Positions 9,006-18,790 are shown, counted from the stretch's first letter. The stretch is 64,000 nucleotides of DNA from Bacilli bacterium (GCA_045615665.1 JAZLFJ010000053.1:89531-153530); one strand, 5' to 3'. The notes: a model not told the origin generated them from the letters alone. Numbers and translations are program-made.

Positions 9006-9756
9006 TAAATACATGATGTTCCTATATGGAACAATCTTTGTCGTTTTATTATGGTGGATTATTTCGTTATGTGTTAATTCGCTAGTTGTTCCATCTCCAT
9101 TTGATACAGTCGCTTTGGCGATTAAATATCTTGCGGATGGTTACACTTATGTATCCTTAGGTTATTCTTTGCTTAAGATGCTAATCGGCTTCTTGTTAGC
9201 TTTGTTCGTCGCATTCCTTTTAGGAATGTTGGTAAATGATAATGAGAAACTATACCAATTCTTTACGCCTTTAATGACTTTCTTTAAGGCTATCCCTACA
9301 GTTGCACTAGTTTTCTTATTTATCGTTGTGTTAGACGCAAGTAGAGCGCCGGTGCTTGTTGTCATGCTAATTGCTATTCCTATCCTTTATGAGGCTGTTG
9401 TTGGTGGACTTAAGAGTGAGAATAGCAATTTACTCGAAGCCGCAAGTATGGATGGAGCAAGAAAAATCACGAAAGTTATGAAAATCCAGCTTCCATTAAG
9501 CGTTCCATACATCGTCATCGGCATGATTTCGGCATTTTCTCTCTCGTTCAAAATTGAAATTATGGCAGAAGTCATCACTGGCTACACAAAAAACGGATTG
9601 GGCAGTCTAATCAAGGGCGCTCAGATAAACGATCCAACTGATTTGACACCCATATTTGCCTATTCACTCATCGCTGTGGTAGTGATGCTGATTGTCACTT
9701 TGGCCGCAACTCTCATCAACGAGAAAATTCGAAAGATTTACAACATCGAAAAATAG
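8977..9756 (+). CDS. ABC transporter permease (NitT/TauT-like)
   Basis: Six hydrophobic helices and the EAA loop EAASMDGARKITKVMKIQLPLSVP. Start is uncertain (8977 or about 9013). Confidence 0.8.
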   Translation: MQQAKKFITNKYMMFLYGTIFVVLLWWIISLCVNSLVVPSPFDTVALAIKYLADGYTYVSLGYSLLKMLIGFLLALFVAFLLGMLVNDNEKLYQFFTPLMTFFKAIPTVALVFLFIVVLDASRAPVLVVMLIAIPILYEAVVGGLKSENSNLLEAASMDGARKITKVMKIQLPLSVPYIVIGMISAFSLSFKIEIMAEVITGYTKNGLGSLIKGAQINDPTDLTPIFAYSLIAVVVMLIVTLAATLINEKIRKIYNIEK

Positions 9757-9819
9757 AAAATTACTAGTCAAAATCGATTCATTAAAATGGGGCAGTAGTT
9801 AATAAATAGGCCTAATTTT

Positions 9820-9839
9820 TTAGTAGTAAATTAGTAGTT
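9820..9839 (+). repeat. TTAGTA-N5-TTAGTAGTT dyad, copy B
   Basis: ttagtagtaaattagtagtt, 64 nt after the ABC permease stop. Confidence 0.6.
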
Positions 9840-9950
9840 TCTATCAACAAAATATTTGTGGATAACCAGCCTTTTATTCATGTTTTAGCAAAATTCTATT
9901 TTCTTAAAATTTCCATATTCTTTCGATTAATTCTAATTTTCTTAGTATTT

Positions 9951-9978
9951 GGTTAACATAATAGTAGTTATGCGAAGT
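9951..9978 (-). other. dif-like XerC/XerD recombination site
   Basis: Minus strand reads ACTTCGCATAA-CTACTA-TTATGTTAACC. Compared by eye with B. subtilis ACTTCCTAGAA-TATATA-TTATGTAAACT and E. coli GGTGCGCATAA-TGTATA-TTATGTTAAAT. Lies at the gene-orientation switch. Confidence 0.65.
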
Positions 9979-10010
9979 TTACTAATTTTAACACTTCCCA
10001 CAAAAATTAC

Positions 10011-10048
10011 AAAATAAAAGCGCACCCTTGTTTGATGCGCTAATTTTT
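10011..10048. terminator. Bidirectional hairpin terminator (rsfS / terminus region)
   Basis: AGCGCA..TGCGCT stem (10019-10041) flanked by an A-run and a T-run. Confidence 0.7.
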
Positions 10049-10060
10049 CCTTAACTTTTT

Positions 10061-10378
10061 CTACTTGCGAGTTAGGACTTCATCCAAGCTAATTCTTGCT
10101 CTTTCTTCGAGCGAAAAAATATTGATTATGACATGATGAGCGTCGATTAGCATCCAGCCAGATTCAGGTGTTCCTTCAATATGGTTGATGCTAATTTTCT
10201 TTTTGGATAATTCCTCCTCGACGAGCTCGCTCAAAGCTCTGATTTGACGAATATTTGTCGCGGAAGCTAAAACATAATATTCCGCAAAAGGAGTTCTTTC
10301 CTTTACATCGATGATCTTGATGTCTTCGGCTTTATGTTCCTCTAGAACTTTTTTAACTAACGAAACGACTTTATCCAT
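10061..10378 (-). CDS. rsfS: Ribosomal silencing factor RsfS (iojap)
   Basis: 105 aa. Follows nadD-yqeK as in the Bacillus yqe operon. Confidence 0.9.
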   Translation of the reverse strand: MDKVVSLVKKVLEEHKAEDIKIIDVKERTPFAEYYVLASATNIRQIRALSELVEEELSKKKISINHIEGTPESGWMLIDAHHVIINIFSLEERARISLDEVLTRK

Positions 10379-10380
10379 TT

Positions 10381-11478
10381 TTATTCTCCTATGTATTGTT
10401 TAAAGCAAGCATCTGTAAGCTTATTTGTTATGTCTTTAGCGTGACCTAATAAGTATTTCTTATTATCAATAAGTGTATCGATGAATCCTTGATAATAATC
10501 TTTTAAACAAGAATTAATTAACCAAGTAGAATCAAATTGTCTAGTTGGTTCAATTTTATCTGAAGCATATACCACCATCGCTAGCTTCGACATATTTGCA
10601 TTACCTGTGCAATGGAATTTGATAGCGTCTAGTATTTCTTTATCTTTGATTCCGAAATCAGCCTTAGCGATATATTCACCAATAAATTGGTGATATGCGA
10701 ATTTTGGTAAATCAACATATTCTGGATAATGCTCTTGCATAAATTTAATAGCGTCTTCTTTATCACATTTAGATGTTTTACCAACGTCATGCAAAATAGC
10801 TGCTATATAATAACGATCAGGATTCTCAAGATCATTAATTTTGGCAATCTTATAGGATAATCTAGCGACTTGAATCGAATGGGCTAAACGCTGAGGAGTG
10901 ACATATTTAGCAATCTTAGCAATATAATAGAGTCCATTATCTTCAATATATTCACGAACACTATCATTTAAATCTAAAGATTTAAGTTCACGGATTTCAC
11001 TACTAGAAACATCTCCAGAATCATAAAATTCTAAAGAGGTCATATTAAATTTAGCGATGTTATCTTCATTAAGTTTGATATCAGGACGATTGGAGAAGAT
11101 GATTCTAACAAGTTTAGATATCTCCACCGCATCTTTCCATTTGTCGAATTGGTTAACTTGATCAGCGCCAATTAAAAAATATAAATCATCATTCGGATAG
11201 AGTTCTTTAAAATGTTTAACTGTATCGATTGAATAGTTGATTTCATCGTCTTTATCAACTTCAAAAGTTGATATTTCGAATTTAAAATCAACATCTTTAA
11301 GCGCTAAAAAGAGCATCTTAGTGCGATGAATTATATCACTCGATGCTTCTTTCCATCTTGGAGATTTATTTGGGACAAATATCACTTTGGCAGAAAATTT
11401 CTTCGCCGCAAAGGAAGCAATACGAAGATGCCCATTATGAATTGGGTCAAATGTTCCACCAAAAATAATGTAATTCAT
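10381..11478 (-). CDS. nadD: Fused nicotinate-nucleotide adenylyltransferase NadD / HD-domain YqeK
   Basis: N-terminal GGTFDPIHNGHL nucleotidyltransferase motif. C-terminal HD domain (HSIQVA..ILHDVGK). Confidence 0.85.
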   Translation of the reverse strand: MNYIIFGGTFDPIHNGHLRIASFAAKKFSAKVIFVPNKSPRWKEASSDIIHRTKMLFLALKDVDFKFEISTFEVDKDDEINYSIDTVKHFKELYPNDDLYFLIGADQVNQFDKWKDAVEISKLVRIIFSNRPDIKLNEDNIAKFNMTSLEFYDSGDVSSSEIRELKSLDLNDSVREYIEDNGLYYIAKIAKYVTPQRLAHSIQVARLSYKIAKINDLENPDRYYIAAILHDVGKTSKCDKEDAIKFMQEHYPEYVDLPKFAYHQFIGEYIAKADFGIKDKEILDAIKFHCTGNANMSKLAMVVYASDKIEPTRQFDSTWLINSCLKDYYQGFIDTLIDNKKYLLGHAKDITNKLTDACFKQYIGE

Positions 11479-12620
11479 TATTTGCGATCAATTTTAGGTC
11501 TTGAAGTATAGATTGATACACCTTTAGGAACATAAATTCTAAAGGTTTGGCCTTTGGCCAAGAAGTTGAACCAACCTAAGCCTTGGATACCGATATCGCG
11601 GTAATTGGATTCGGTAATCTTAATTTCAAAGACGTCTAGGTCTTTAACAGTTTTGATTCTTAAGCAATATGGTTTAATTGCTTTCTTAGTGATTTCTTTA
11701 ACGAAGGCTTCTTCGCATTTACGATTGGAACGCTTCTTGATTTGAACGTCGTTACTGAAATAACATCTTATAGATGTTTTCTTTCCTTCGACGAGTTCAA
11801 TAAATGACATTCCACCAAAATAAAGGACTTCGTCCTCTTTTAAAGTAAAGTCGCGATATTCCACTGGTTCGGTAACATAAATCTTCTTAGTTGCATTCGC
11901 ATCTAAGTTATAAAGAATGGAATTATTATGTGGAATCGATGGTATTTCATACATCATCGTGCGTGAGCTCATCGGGAGTTGGAGCACGCGTGAGGATGTA
12001 CCTGGATATTCTTGGGAAATAATATTTCCTTGAGAAAGATTTTTATAAACTCTTAAGAATGAATCGATTAAAGTTGTTTTACCAGCGAGTTTACTACCGA
12101 TAATATAAACATCTTTGCCATTTTTGAGTTCATAGATCTGAGCGATAATATTGCGCGCTGTATCGTCATCAAACGCGTTCGCGAGCACGATATTATCACG
12201 ATCGATTTTCACGCCATCTGCTCTAAAACGATGAGCGACATATTCTCTAGTTTCGTCTTCGTTTGTGCCTTTTGGCATTAAGTCGAATTTGTTTGCAACA
12301 ACGAGAATATTCATGTCGTTAATGATTTCATTAATCTTGTGGGAGAAACTTGCTTCAAATGAGAATAGATTTATAACATAAACGAGGAGAGCGTCTTTAG
12401 CTTTTGCGTCTTTAACAATTGTTAAAAGATCTTCTCCTACTAGTGGTTCATTTGTTTTTGGTTGGAATCTTTCGATTTCAAAGCATTTGTTACAGAACAA
12501 GAAGTTCTGCGAACCATTTTCTAAGACTTCTTTGCTGACATATCCTTCTTCTGAAGGATCGTTGCTTTGAAGAACAGCTCCGCAGTTGTAGCATTTTCTG
12601 ATTTGAGAAATTTGTGCCAT
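11478..12620 (-). CDS. yqeH: Ribosome-biogenesis GTPase YqeH
   Basis: CxxC..CxxC zinc finger. Circularly permuted GTPase, with VANKFD ahead of GSKLAGKTT. ATG at 12620 follows GGAGG and overlaps the yqeG stop (TAATG). Confidence 0.85.
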   Translation of the reverse strand: MAQISQIRKCYNCGAVLQSNDPSEEGYVSKEVLENGSQNFLFCNKCFEIERFQPKTNEPLVGEDLLTIVKDAKAKDALLVYVINLFSFEASFSHKINEIINDMNILVVANKFDLMPKGTNEDETREYVAHRFRADGVKIDRDNIVLANAFDDDTARNIIAQIYELKNGKDVYIIGSKLAGKTTLIDSFLRVYKNLSQGNIISQEYPGTSSRVLQLPMSSRTMMYEIPSIPHNNSILYNLDANATKKIYVTEPVEYRDFTLKEDEVLYFGGMSFIELVEGKKTSIRCYFSNDVQIKKRSNRKCEEAFVKEITKKAIKPYCLRIKTVKDLDVFEIKITESNYRDIGIQGLGWFNFLAKGQTFRIYVPKGVSIYTSRPKIDRK

Positions 12621-13141
12621 TATAAGTTCCTCCACTCTCTTAGCAAGTTTTTCTTTTTAAGTGAACGACGAATTGGTCGATCAAATAAACGGTTGAAATG
12701 GGTTGTTGGCTGATCCTCTTTAACGATTTTATCCGTTAAAACTGTCTTTATTTTAGCACGATTTCCACACGCTATGTCAGTGACAGTTTGATCGCCTACC
12801 ATCATTGATGTCGTTAAATCTATTTCTAATTCCTTCATTTTCTTGATTAGTTTCCTGGCGAAGGGTTTACCAATCGAAGAGATGAAAGGAACATTTAGCT
12901 CAGTAGCGTAGGTTGTAACTCTTTCACCAGTATTATTTGAAACAATAATCATCTGGATACCATTTTCCGCCAATTTATCTTTAAGTTCATAAACTCTTTT
13001 TGAAGGAGTTTTACTTCGATAAGAATCTAGCGTATTGTCGAGATCGACAAGGAGAGTCTTAACGCCTTCCTTTTTAAAAAAATCCATTTCAATATCAAAT
13101 ATTGAACTAGCATGAGCGTAAGGAATATGGATTTTCAACAT
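12620..13141 (-). CDS. yqeG: YqeG-family HAD phosphatase
   Basis: HAD motif LLVDLDNTL. Synteny with yqeH. Confidence 0.8.
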   Translation of the reverse strand: MLKIHIPYAHASSIFDIEMDFFKKEGVKTLLVDLDNTLDSYRSKTPSKRVYELKDKLAENGIQMIIVSNNTGERVTTYATELNVPFISSIGKPFARKLIKKMKELEIDLTTSMMVGDQTVTDIACGNRAKIKTVLTDKIVKEDQPTTHFNRLFDRPIRRSLKKKNLLREWRNL

Positions 13142-13206
13142 GTATATATTATATGTTAATTTTAGGAAAGTAATAACTTTTCTAATAAAAACTATAAATG
13201 GGACAT

Positions 13207-13236
13207 GAAAAAAGTGCCCGATAATTGAGCACTTTT
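13207..13236 (-). terminator. parC terminator
   Basis: AAAGTGC..GCACTTT stem followed by a T-run on the minus strand. Confidence 0.75.
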
Positions 13237-13243
13237 CATTAGT

Positions 13244-15868
13244 TTAATCTAAATCATCATCGAAGATCGAGATTTGAGTGTAGCCTTTCTCTTCTTCTAA
13301 TTTTTCCTCTTTCCTTTCTTCAAGAGTTGGACCAACAATTTCTTCTTCTTTTTTCATTGGTTCATCCGAAGAAATTTTAGCAAATGACACAGTTGATTTT
13401 GCAATGTAATCCGTAGCTTCGAGGAACGGAATTTCAAGGCGATTTTTCTTTGGAATATCAATTGAGGCATGAGCGTAATAATCCATTGGAGTTAGATGAT
13501 AATCATCGACCTTAATTTCAACGATTTCTTTGAGATTATCAAGCAATCTAATGCGATTGAATTCAAGGGAGAAATCAAGCATTTTAACATAAACTAGTTT
13601 ATGTTCATCAGACTTAAATGATTTAAATACAACGCTTGGTTTACCTAATCTATTTGTAAGCTCAGTCTTACGAACATCATAGATTCTTACGCAGGCTTTA
13701 TCAGTGATTAAAATCGCCTTTCCTTCAAACTTATCTTTTTCAAATGCAAGAAGGTTCACCACTCTTTGATTTCCGAGTTTTGCAAAGCCTTTAACTCCAC
13801 CGCTTCTCATTCCAGCGAGTGGAAGTTCATTTTCGTTATACATAACCGCCATTCCTTCGCTTGAGAAAAGCATGAGGTTAGAATCACCGGTCGTAAATGC
13901 GACATCGGCTACTTCATCATCGCTGAGTAATTTCATGCATGTAAGCGGCTTGCTATAGCGAATTACTTGGAAATTATCTAAACTCAAGCGCTTGATTTGT
14001 CCACGTTTTGAAACTAGAACGAAGAATAAATCATTTCTAAACTTCTCAACCGCGTATGCACGCACTATTTTTTCATTAGGATTTAAATTAATAAGGTAAT
14101 TGATGTGTTTTCCTTCTTGGAGCCACTTAGCATCTTGGATTTGATGAACTGGAACGTAGAGGAAATTACCTAAATTAGTGAAACAGATTAAATAATCTGT
14201 TGTCATCACTTTTCCTGAATAAACACAGACGTCGCCATCCTTAATTCCAGGAAGTGCGTTTTCACCGCTTGAACGATATGATTTGATTGTTGAATATTTG
14301 ATGTAACCATCTCTAGTAAGAGCAACCATGACTTCTTCTTTATTAATTAGGTCACGTTTATCGATTGTTCCAACATCTTCTTTTTCAACAATCTGAGTTT
14401 TTCTTTCTTTACCATATTTTTTGCTAATTTCTTTTAAATCGTTAATTAAAAGTCTATTTAGCTTATTTCTATCAGAAAGAATTCCTTTAAGGAATTCGAT
14501 ATTAACTTCGAGTTCTTTTTTCTCGTTATCTAAAGTGGTGATATCAGTATTGGACAACTTATAAAGTTGTAACATGACAATCGCTTCAGATTGAGCTTCG
14601 GAGAACGCGAATTTTTCTTGAATATTTTTCTTCGCATCCGCTTTATCTTTCGATTTACGAATCGTTTCAACAACATCATCTAAAATTGAAATCGCTTTAA
14701 TAAGGCCGTCAACGATATGAAGTCTAGTTTCTGATTTGTTCAAATCATAATTTGAACGTCTAGTGATAACATCGACTTGGTGTTCAATATAATTATCAAC
14801 GAAATCAAGGATGTTCATTGTCTTTGGTGAACCATTAACAATAGCGACCATGTTCGCAGAATAACTAGTTCTTAAAGATGATTTAGTCATTAAATATTGA
14901 TGTATAACATCAATCTTTGCATCTTTTTTCACATCGATAACGATGCGTAAACCATTTCGGTCAGACTCGTCTCTCACTTCTTGGATGCCAGGAAGAACAT
15001 TGTTATGTCTAAGCATATCAATTTCGTGAACAAGATCGATTTTTAGAGTTTTAAAAGGAATTTCCGTGACGATGATTTTCTTTTCTTTTATAGTATCGAT
15101 AACTTCGGTTTTCGAAGCAATTTCGATACGTCCTCGGCCTGTTTCATAAATGTCATTTAAACCAGTTGATTTATAGACTAAACCACCAGTTGGGAAGTCA
15201 GGGCCTTTAATGAATTCCATGAGGTCAAGAGGTTCCACTCTAACGTGGTTAATGCGATAGATAATTGCATCAATAACCTCTTTGAGGTTATGAGTTGGGA
15301 TTTCAGTCGTCATACCAACCGCGATACCTTCCGTACCATTAACAAGTAGATTTGGGAATCTAGCAGGAAGAGCAACTGGTTCAAAGTTTTCATCATCAAA
15401 TGTCAAAGACATTTCGATTGTATCTTTATCGATATCACGAACCATTTCTTCTGCAATTTGAGATAATCTAGCTTCGGTATAACGATAAGCTGCTGGACCA
15501 TCTCCATCGATAGATCCATTATTACCTTGGAAATCAATTAAAGGAGCATTTACCTTCCAATTTTGTGACATTCTAACGAGTGCTTCATAAATTGAGGAGT
15601 CACCATGTGGGTGATATTTACCCATGACCGCACCAACGGTATGAGCGCACTTTCTTGTTGGACGATTAAAGATGTTACCATCTTTATACATTGCATAAAT
15701 GATTCTACGTTGGACTGGTTTTAAACCATCGCGAGCATCTGGAATAGCACGGTCCTGAATGACATATTTTGCATATGTAGCAAAACGACTGGACATGATT
15801 TCTTCCATTGTTTCGTTATGAATATTTTCGATTATTTCTTCGACTGGTGCTGTAACTTTCTTTGCCAT
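13244..15868 (-). CDS. parC: DNA topoisomerase IV subunit A
   Basis: AIPDARDGLKPVQRRI, KYHPHGD and the active-site AAYRYTEARL motif. Called parC rather than gyrA because plsY and yneF are neighbours, as in B. subtilis. Confidence 0.8.
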   Translation of the reverse strand: MAKKVTAPVEEIIENIHNETMEEIMSSRFATYAKYVIQDRAIPDARDGLKPVQRRIIYAMYKDGNIFNRPTRKCAHTVGAVMGKYHPHGDSSIYEALVRMSQNWKVNAPLIDFQGNNGSIDGDGPAAYRYTEARLSQIAEEMVRDIDKDTIEMSLTFDDENFEPVALPARFPNLLVNGTEGIAVGMTTEIPTHNLKEVIDAIIYRINHVRVEPLDLMEFIKGPDFPTGGLVYKSTGLNDIYETGRGRIEIASKTEVIDTIKEKKIIVTEIPFKTLKIDLVHEIDMLRHNNVLPGIQEVRDESDRNGLRIVIDVKKDAKIDVIHQYLMTKSSLRTSYSANMVAIVNGSPKTMNILDFVDNYIEHQVDVITRRSNYDLNKSETRLHIVDGLIKAISILDDVVETIRKSKDKADAKKNIQEKFAFSEAQSEAIVMLQLYKLSNTDITTLDNEKKELEVNIEFLKGILSDRNKLNRLLINDLKEISKKYGKERKTQIVEKEDVGTIDKRDLINKEEVMVALTRDGYIKYSTIKSYRSSGENALPGIKDGDVCVYSGKVMTTDYLICFTNLGNFLYVPVHQIQDAKWLQEGKHINYLINLNPNEKIVRAYAVEKFRNDLFFVLVSKRGQIKRLSLDNFQVIRYSKPLTCMKLLSDDEVADVAFTTGDSNLMLFSSEGMAVMYNENELPLAGMRSGGVKGFAKLGNQRVVNLLAFEKDKFEGKAILITDKACVRIYDVRKTELTNRLGKPSVVFKSFKSDEHKLVYVKMLDFSLEFNRIRLLDNLKEIVEIKVDDYHLTPMDYYAHASIDIPKKNRLEIPFLEATDYIAKSTVSFAKISSDEPMKKEEEIVGPTLEERKEEKLEEEKGYTQISIFDDDLD

Positions 15869-15869
15869 C

Positions 15870-17810
15870 TTATTTCACCTCGTCAATAAATGAGTCAACT
15901 TCGTTGAAGTTAATATTTTCTTCAATCCAGCGACGTCTTTCTTGGGCATCACTCCCCATCAATGTAACCATTCTTTGTTCGGCAAGAAGAGCGTCTTCAA
16001 TAGTAACTTTTAAAAGTTGTCTTCTTTTTGGATCCATTGTTGTTTCCCAAAGTTGATCAGCATTCATCTCGCCTAAACCTTTATATCTAGACACTTTGCC
16101 ACCAGGAATTTCTTTTTTTGCAAGTTCGAGATCATTCTCATCCCAAGCATAACGATAAATCATTTTATGATTTACTTCCTTTTGAACACGGTATAAAGGT
16201 GGCATTGCCACAAATAATTTACCTTTCAAAATAAGTGGTCTCATGTAGTTATAAAAGAAAGTGATTAAAAGCGTTTGGATATGCGCTCCATCAGTATCGG
16301 CATCGGTCATAATGATGACTTTCCCATAATGGGAGTTATCGGCATTAAATGTTTCTTTAACGCCTGCACCAATGGTATTAATCATCGTGGCGCATTCTTC
16401 GTTTTTGAGAGTTTTTTCAACTGGAATGCCAAAAGTGTTTAATGGTTTACCACGCAGTGGTAATATTGCTTGATGTTGTCTATCACGACTACTTTTAGCG
16501 GTTCCACCTGCAGAATCACCTTCAACAATGAACAATTCGTTTTTATCGTAATCTTTACTAGTTGCAGGTGTTAATTTATCAGATAAAACAACATCTTGTT
16601 TTAGACTTCTTTTGCTTCTAGCTTCGTCTTTGGCTTTTCTAGCCGCAACTCGAGCATTTTGAGCATCGATACATTTTTTGATTAGGTTGACTGCGAATTC
16701 CTTATTTTCATTTAAATAATAACTAAAGTTATTATAAACAAAGTTTGTAAGAACTGGCAAAGCCTCTGGGGTGCCTAATTTTTGTTTAGTTTGTCCTTCA
16801 TATTCGAGTTTAGCTTCAGGAATTTTTAAGGAAATAACTACTGTCAAACCTTCACGGATATCGCTGCCTTCTAATTTGGTTTTACCTTTTAGAATAGAGT
16901 TTTCTTCGGCGTAATCATTTACGGCTTTAGTGATACCTGCTCTAAAACCTTGTTCATGGGTACCACCATCACGTGTCCTAACATTATTTGCGTAGGAATA
17001 GATATTTTCACCATAATCCTGATAAGCATATTGCATAGCAATATCAATCTTGATTGTATCTTCTTCACCTTCAAAGGAAATAATATCTCCTAAAACATTC
17101 TTGTTAGCTTGTATATCTTTGATATACGCCTTGATTCCATCTTCGTATAAATATTCAACTTTTTCTTGAGTTTTTTCGTTAAGAAGTGAGAATTTTACAC
17201 CTTTTAATAAAAAGGCGCTTTCTTTAATGTGGTTTGCAATAATGTCGAATTTGAATTCGGTTGTTGAGAAGATTCTTGAATCAGGTAAAAACTTAACTAA
17301 AGTACCATGCTTCTTGGTGTTACCAAGAACTTCGAGTGGAGTAACAAGCTTTCCACCATCTTCAAAACGGAGATGATTAATTTTTCCGTTTCTAAAAACA
17401 GTGACATCGCAATATGTAGAAAGGGCATTTGTAACGGCAGATCCGACGCCATGTAAGCCAGCGCTTGAAGTATAAACTTTAGAAGAAAATTTGCCACCAG
17501 AATGAAGAGTTGAGAAAATTAATTGAACGGCAGGCATACCAGTCTGTCGATGAACATCGACAGGAATTCCTCTTCCTTCATCTTCAACTGCTAAAGCACC
17601 ATCTTTTTGGATGGTTATTTTTATTTCTTTTCCGAAGCCACTTAATGCTTCATCAACAGCGTTATCAAGTATTTCCCAAGCAAGATGATGAAGTCCGGTT
17701 TGGTTAGTAGATCCGATGTACATTGCCGGTCGTTTTCTAACTCCAGCAAGGCCTTCTAAAATCTCAATATCGGCGGCTGTATAGGATGTTTTTGCGTCGT
17801 TATTTGCCAT
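15870..17810 (-). CDS. parE: DNA topoisomerase IV subunit B
   Basis: GHKL ATPase and TOPRIM EGDSAGG. Sits immediately upstream of parC. Confidence 0.8.
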   Translation of the reverse strand: MANNDAKTSYTAADIEILEGLAGVRKRPAMYIGSTNQTGLHHLAWEILDNAVDEALSGFGKEIKITIQKDGALAVEDEGRGIPVDVHRQTGMPAVQLIFSTLHSGGKFSSKVYTSSAGLHGVGSAVTNALSTYCDVTVFRNGKINHLRFEDGGKLVTPLEVLGNTKKHGTLVKFLPDSRIFSTTEFKFDIIANHIKESAFLLKGVKFSLLNEKTQEKVEYLYEDGIKAYIKDIQANKNVLGDIISFEGEEDTIKIDIAMQYAYQDYGENIYSYANNVRTRDGGTHEQGFRAGITKAVNDYAEENSILKGKTKLEGSDIREGLTVVISLKIPEAKLEYEGQTKQKLGTPEALPVLTNFVYNNFSYYLNENKEFAVNLIKKCIDAQNARVAARKAKDEARSKRSLKQDVVLSDKLTPATSKDYDKNELFIVEGDSAGGTAKSSRDRQHQAILPLRGKPLNTFGIPVEKTLKNEECATMINTIGAGVKETFNADNSHYGKVIIMTDADTDGAHIQTLLITFFYNYMRPLILKGKLFVAMPPLYRVQKEVNHKMIYRYAWDENDLELAKKEIPGGKVSRYKGLGEMNADQLWETTMDPKRRQLLKVTIEDALLAEQRMVTLMGSDAQERRRWIEENINFNEVDSFIDEVK

Positions 17811-17916
17811 TTTATATTACCTTTTCTCAATTTCTAAAAATTGATTATAGCAAAATAGTTATTGAAAAGTTAACCACTTTTTTTGTATCATTGTAAGGCA
17901 CATTTGGAGAAAGAAT

Positions 17917-18657
17917 ATGGATATTATTTTATATAATATAATCATCGGATTAAGCACATTTTTGATCGGTTATTTTTTCGGTTCAATTCCAACCGGAGTT
18001 ATACTTTGTAAACTCATTTGCCACAAAGATCCACGTGAAGATGGCTCAAAAAATTCAGGCGGAACTAATGTCGGAAGATTATTTGGTAAAAAGATGGGTC
18101 TAGCCGTCATCTTCTTAGATATGATTAAGACCGCAATTCCATTAGTTGTTGTGTGGTCTATCTTAACTTTTTCTCCTCTAAAAAGTGTTTTTGCTAATAA
18201 TTTAGGCGCTCCAATGTTTGATGATGGAGTACTTTATATTTATCTCGCTCCTTTAGGAGCGGCTGTCGGACACTGCTATCCAGTTTATGCAAAATTCAAA
18301 GGCGGAAAAGCAGTTGCAACATTCGGTGGATTTGGTTTATCGACTTCTTGGTTTTTATCTTTGACAGGTTTTGGAACGTTCTTTATCGTCCTTAAAGCTA
18401 AAAAATATGTTTCGCTCGCCTCCATCTCTGCAGGTATCGCGACAATCATCTTCTCGTGGGGACTTTATGCGTTCCAATTTGTCGCTCCAGAAAGCTTTTG
18501 GCAATTCTTTATGTGGGGTTGGGGAAGCTATTTACTTGCCGGTTGGGAGTATGCGACAGTCACGACTTTGATCTCCTTACTTTTAATTGTTAGACACATC
18601 CCAAATATCAAGCGTTTGATCCATCATGAAGAACGCAAAATTACCTGGATGGATTAG
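17917..18657 (+). CDS. plsY: Glycerol-3-phosphate acyltransferase PlsY
   Basis: GSIPTG..GSKNSGGTNVGR motifs, polytopic. GGAGAAAG RBS. Confidence 0.9.
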   Translation: MDIILYNIIIGLSTFLIGYFFGSIPTGVILCKLICHKDPREDGSKNSGGTNVGRLFGKKMGLAVIFLDMIKTAIPLVVVWSILTFSPLKSVFANNLGAPMFDDGVLYIYLAPLGAAVGHCYPVYAKFKGGKAVATFGGFGLSTSWFLSLTGFGTFFIVLKAKKYVSLASISAGIATIIFSWGLYAFQFVAPESFWQFFMWGWGSYLLAGWEYATVTTLISLLLIVRHIPNIKRLIHHEERKITWMD

Positions 18658-18665
18658 TCGATATA

Positions 18666-18685
18666 TTAGTAGATATTTAGTAGTT
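18666..18685 (+). repeat. TTAGTA-N5-TTAGTAGTT dyad, copy C
   Basis: ttagtagatatttagtagtt, 9 nt after the plsY stop. Confidence 0.6.
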
Positions 18686-18724
18686 TTTACAACTGTTGAT
18701 TTAAAAAACTAATGATTGTGGAAA

Positions 18725-18756
18725 GTCCAAATTGTTTCGATGAATTGGACTTTTTT
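18725..18756 (+). terminator. plsY terminator
   Basis: GTCCAAATT..AATTGGAC stem plus TTTTTT. Confidence 0.75.
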
Positions 18757-18758
18757 CA

Positions 18759-18790
18759 TTGACACTTTTTAATTGACACATTTTTGACAC
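18759..18790 (+). repeat. Three direct TTGACAC repeats
   Basis: TTGACAC at 18759, 18773 and 18784, inside a gene-free island bracketed by the plsY and yneF terminators. Confidence 0.8.

Noticed and set aside
9857-9865. Perfect DnaA box TGTGGATAA (plus a weak one at 18714-18722), which might suggest a replication origin.
   Set aside because: It is a single box and there is no dnaA or dnaN nearby. Gene orientation converges rather than diverges here, and a dif-like site lies 90 bp away. The locus therefore fits a terminus, not an origin.
13142-13200. A possible sixth, degenerate TTAGTA dyad (tttatagtttttattagaaaag on the minus strand) after parC.
   Set aside because: Both boxes carry mismatches and the register is ambiguous. 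It is not distinguishable from AT-rich background by eye.
13244-17810. Alternative call of this topoisomerase pair as gyrB/gyrA.
   Set aside because: There is no dnaA-dnaN-recF context. The neighbours plsY and the yneF-like gene match the B. subtilis parE-parC locus. I saw no GyrA-box (QRRGGKG-type) at the start of the C-terminal domain. The call remains a synteny-based judgement.
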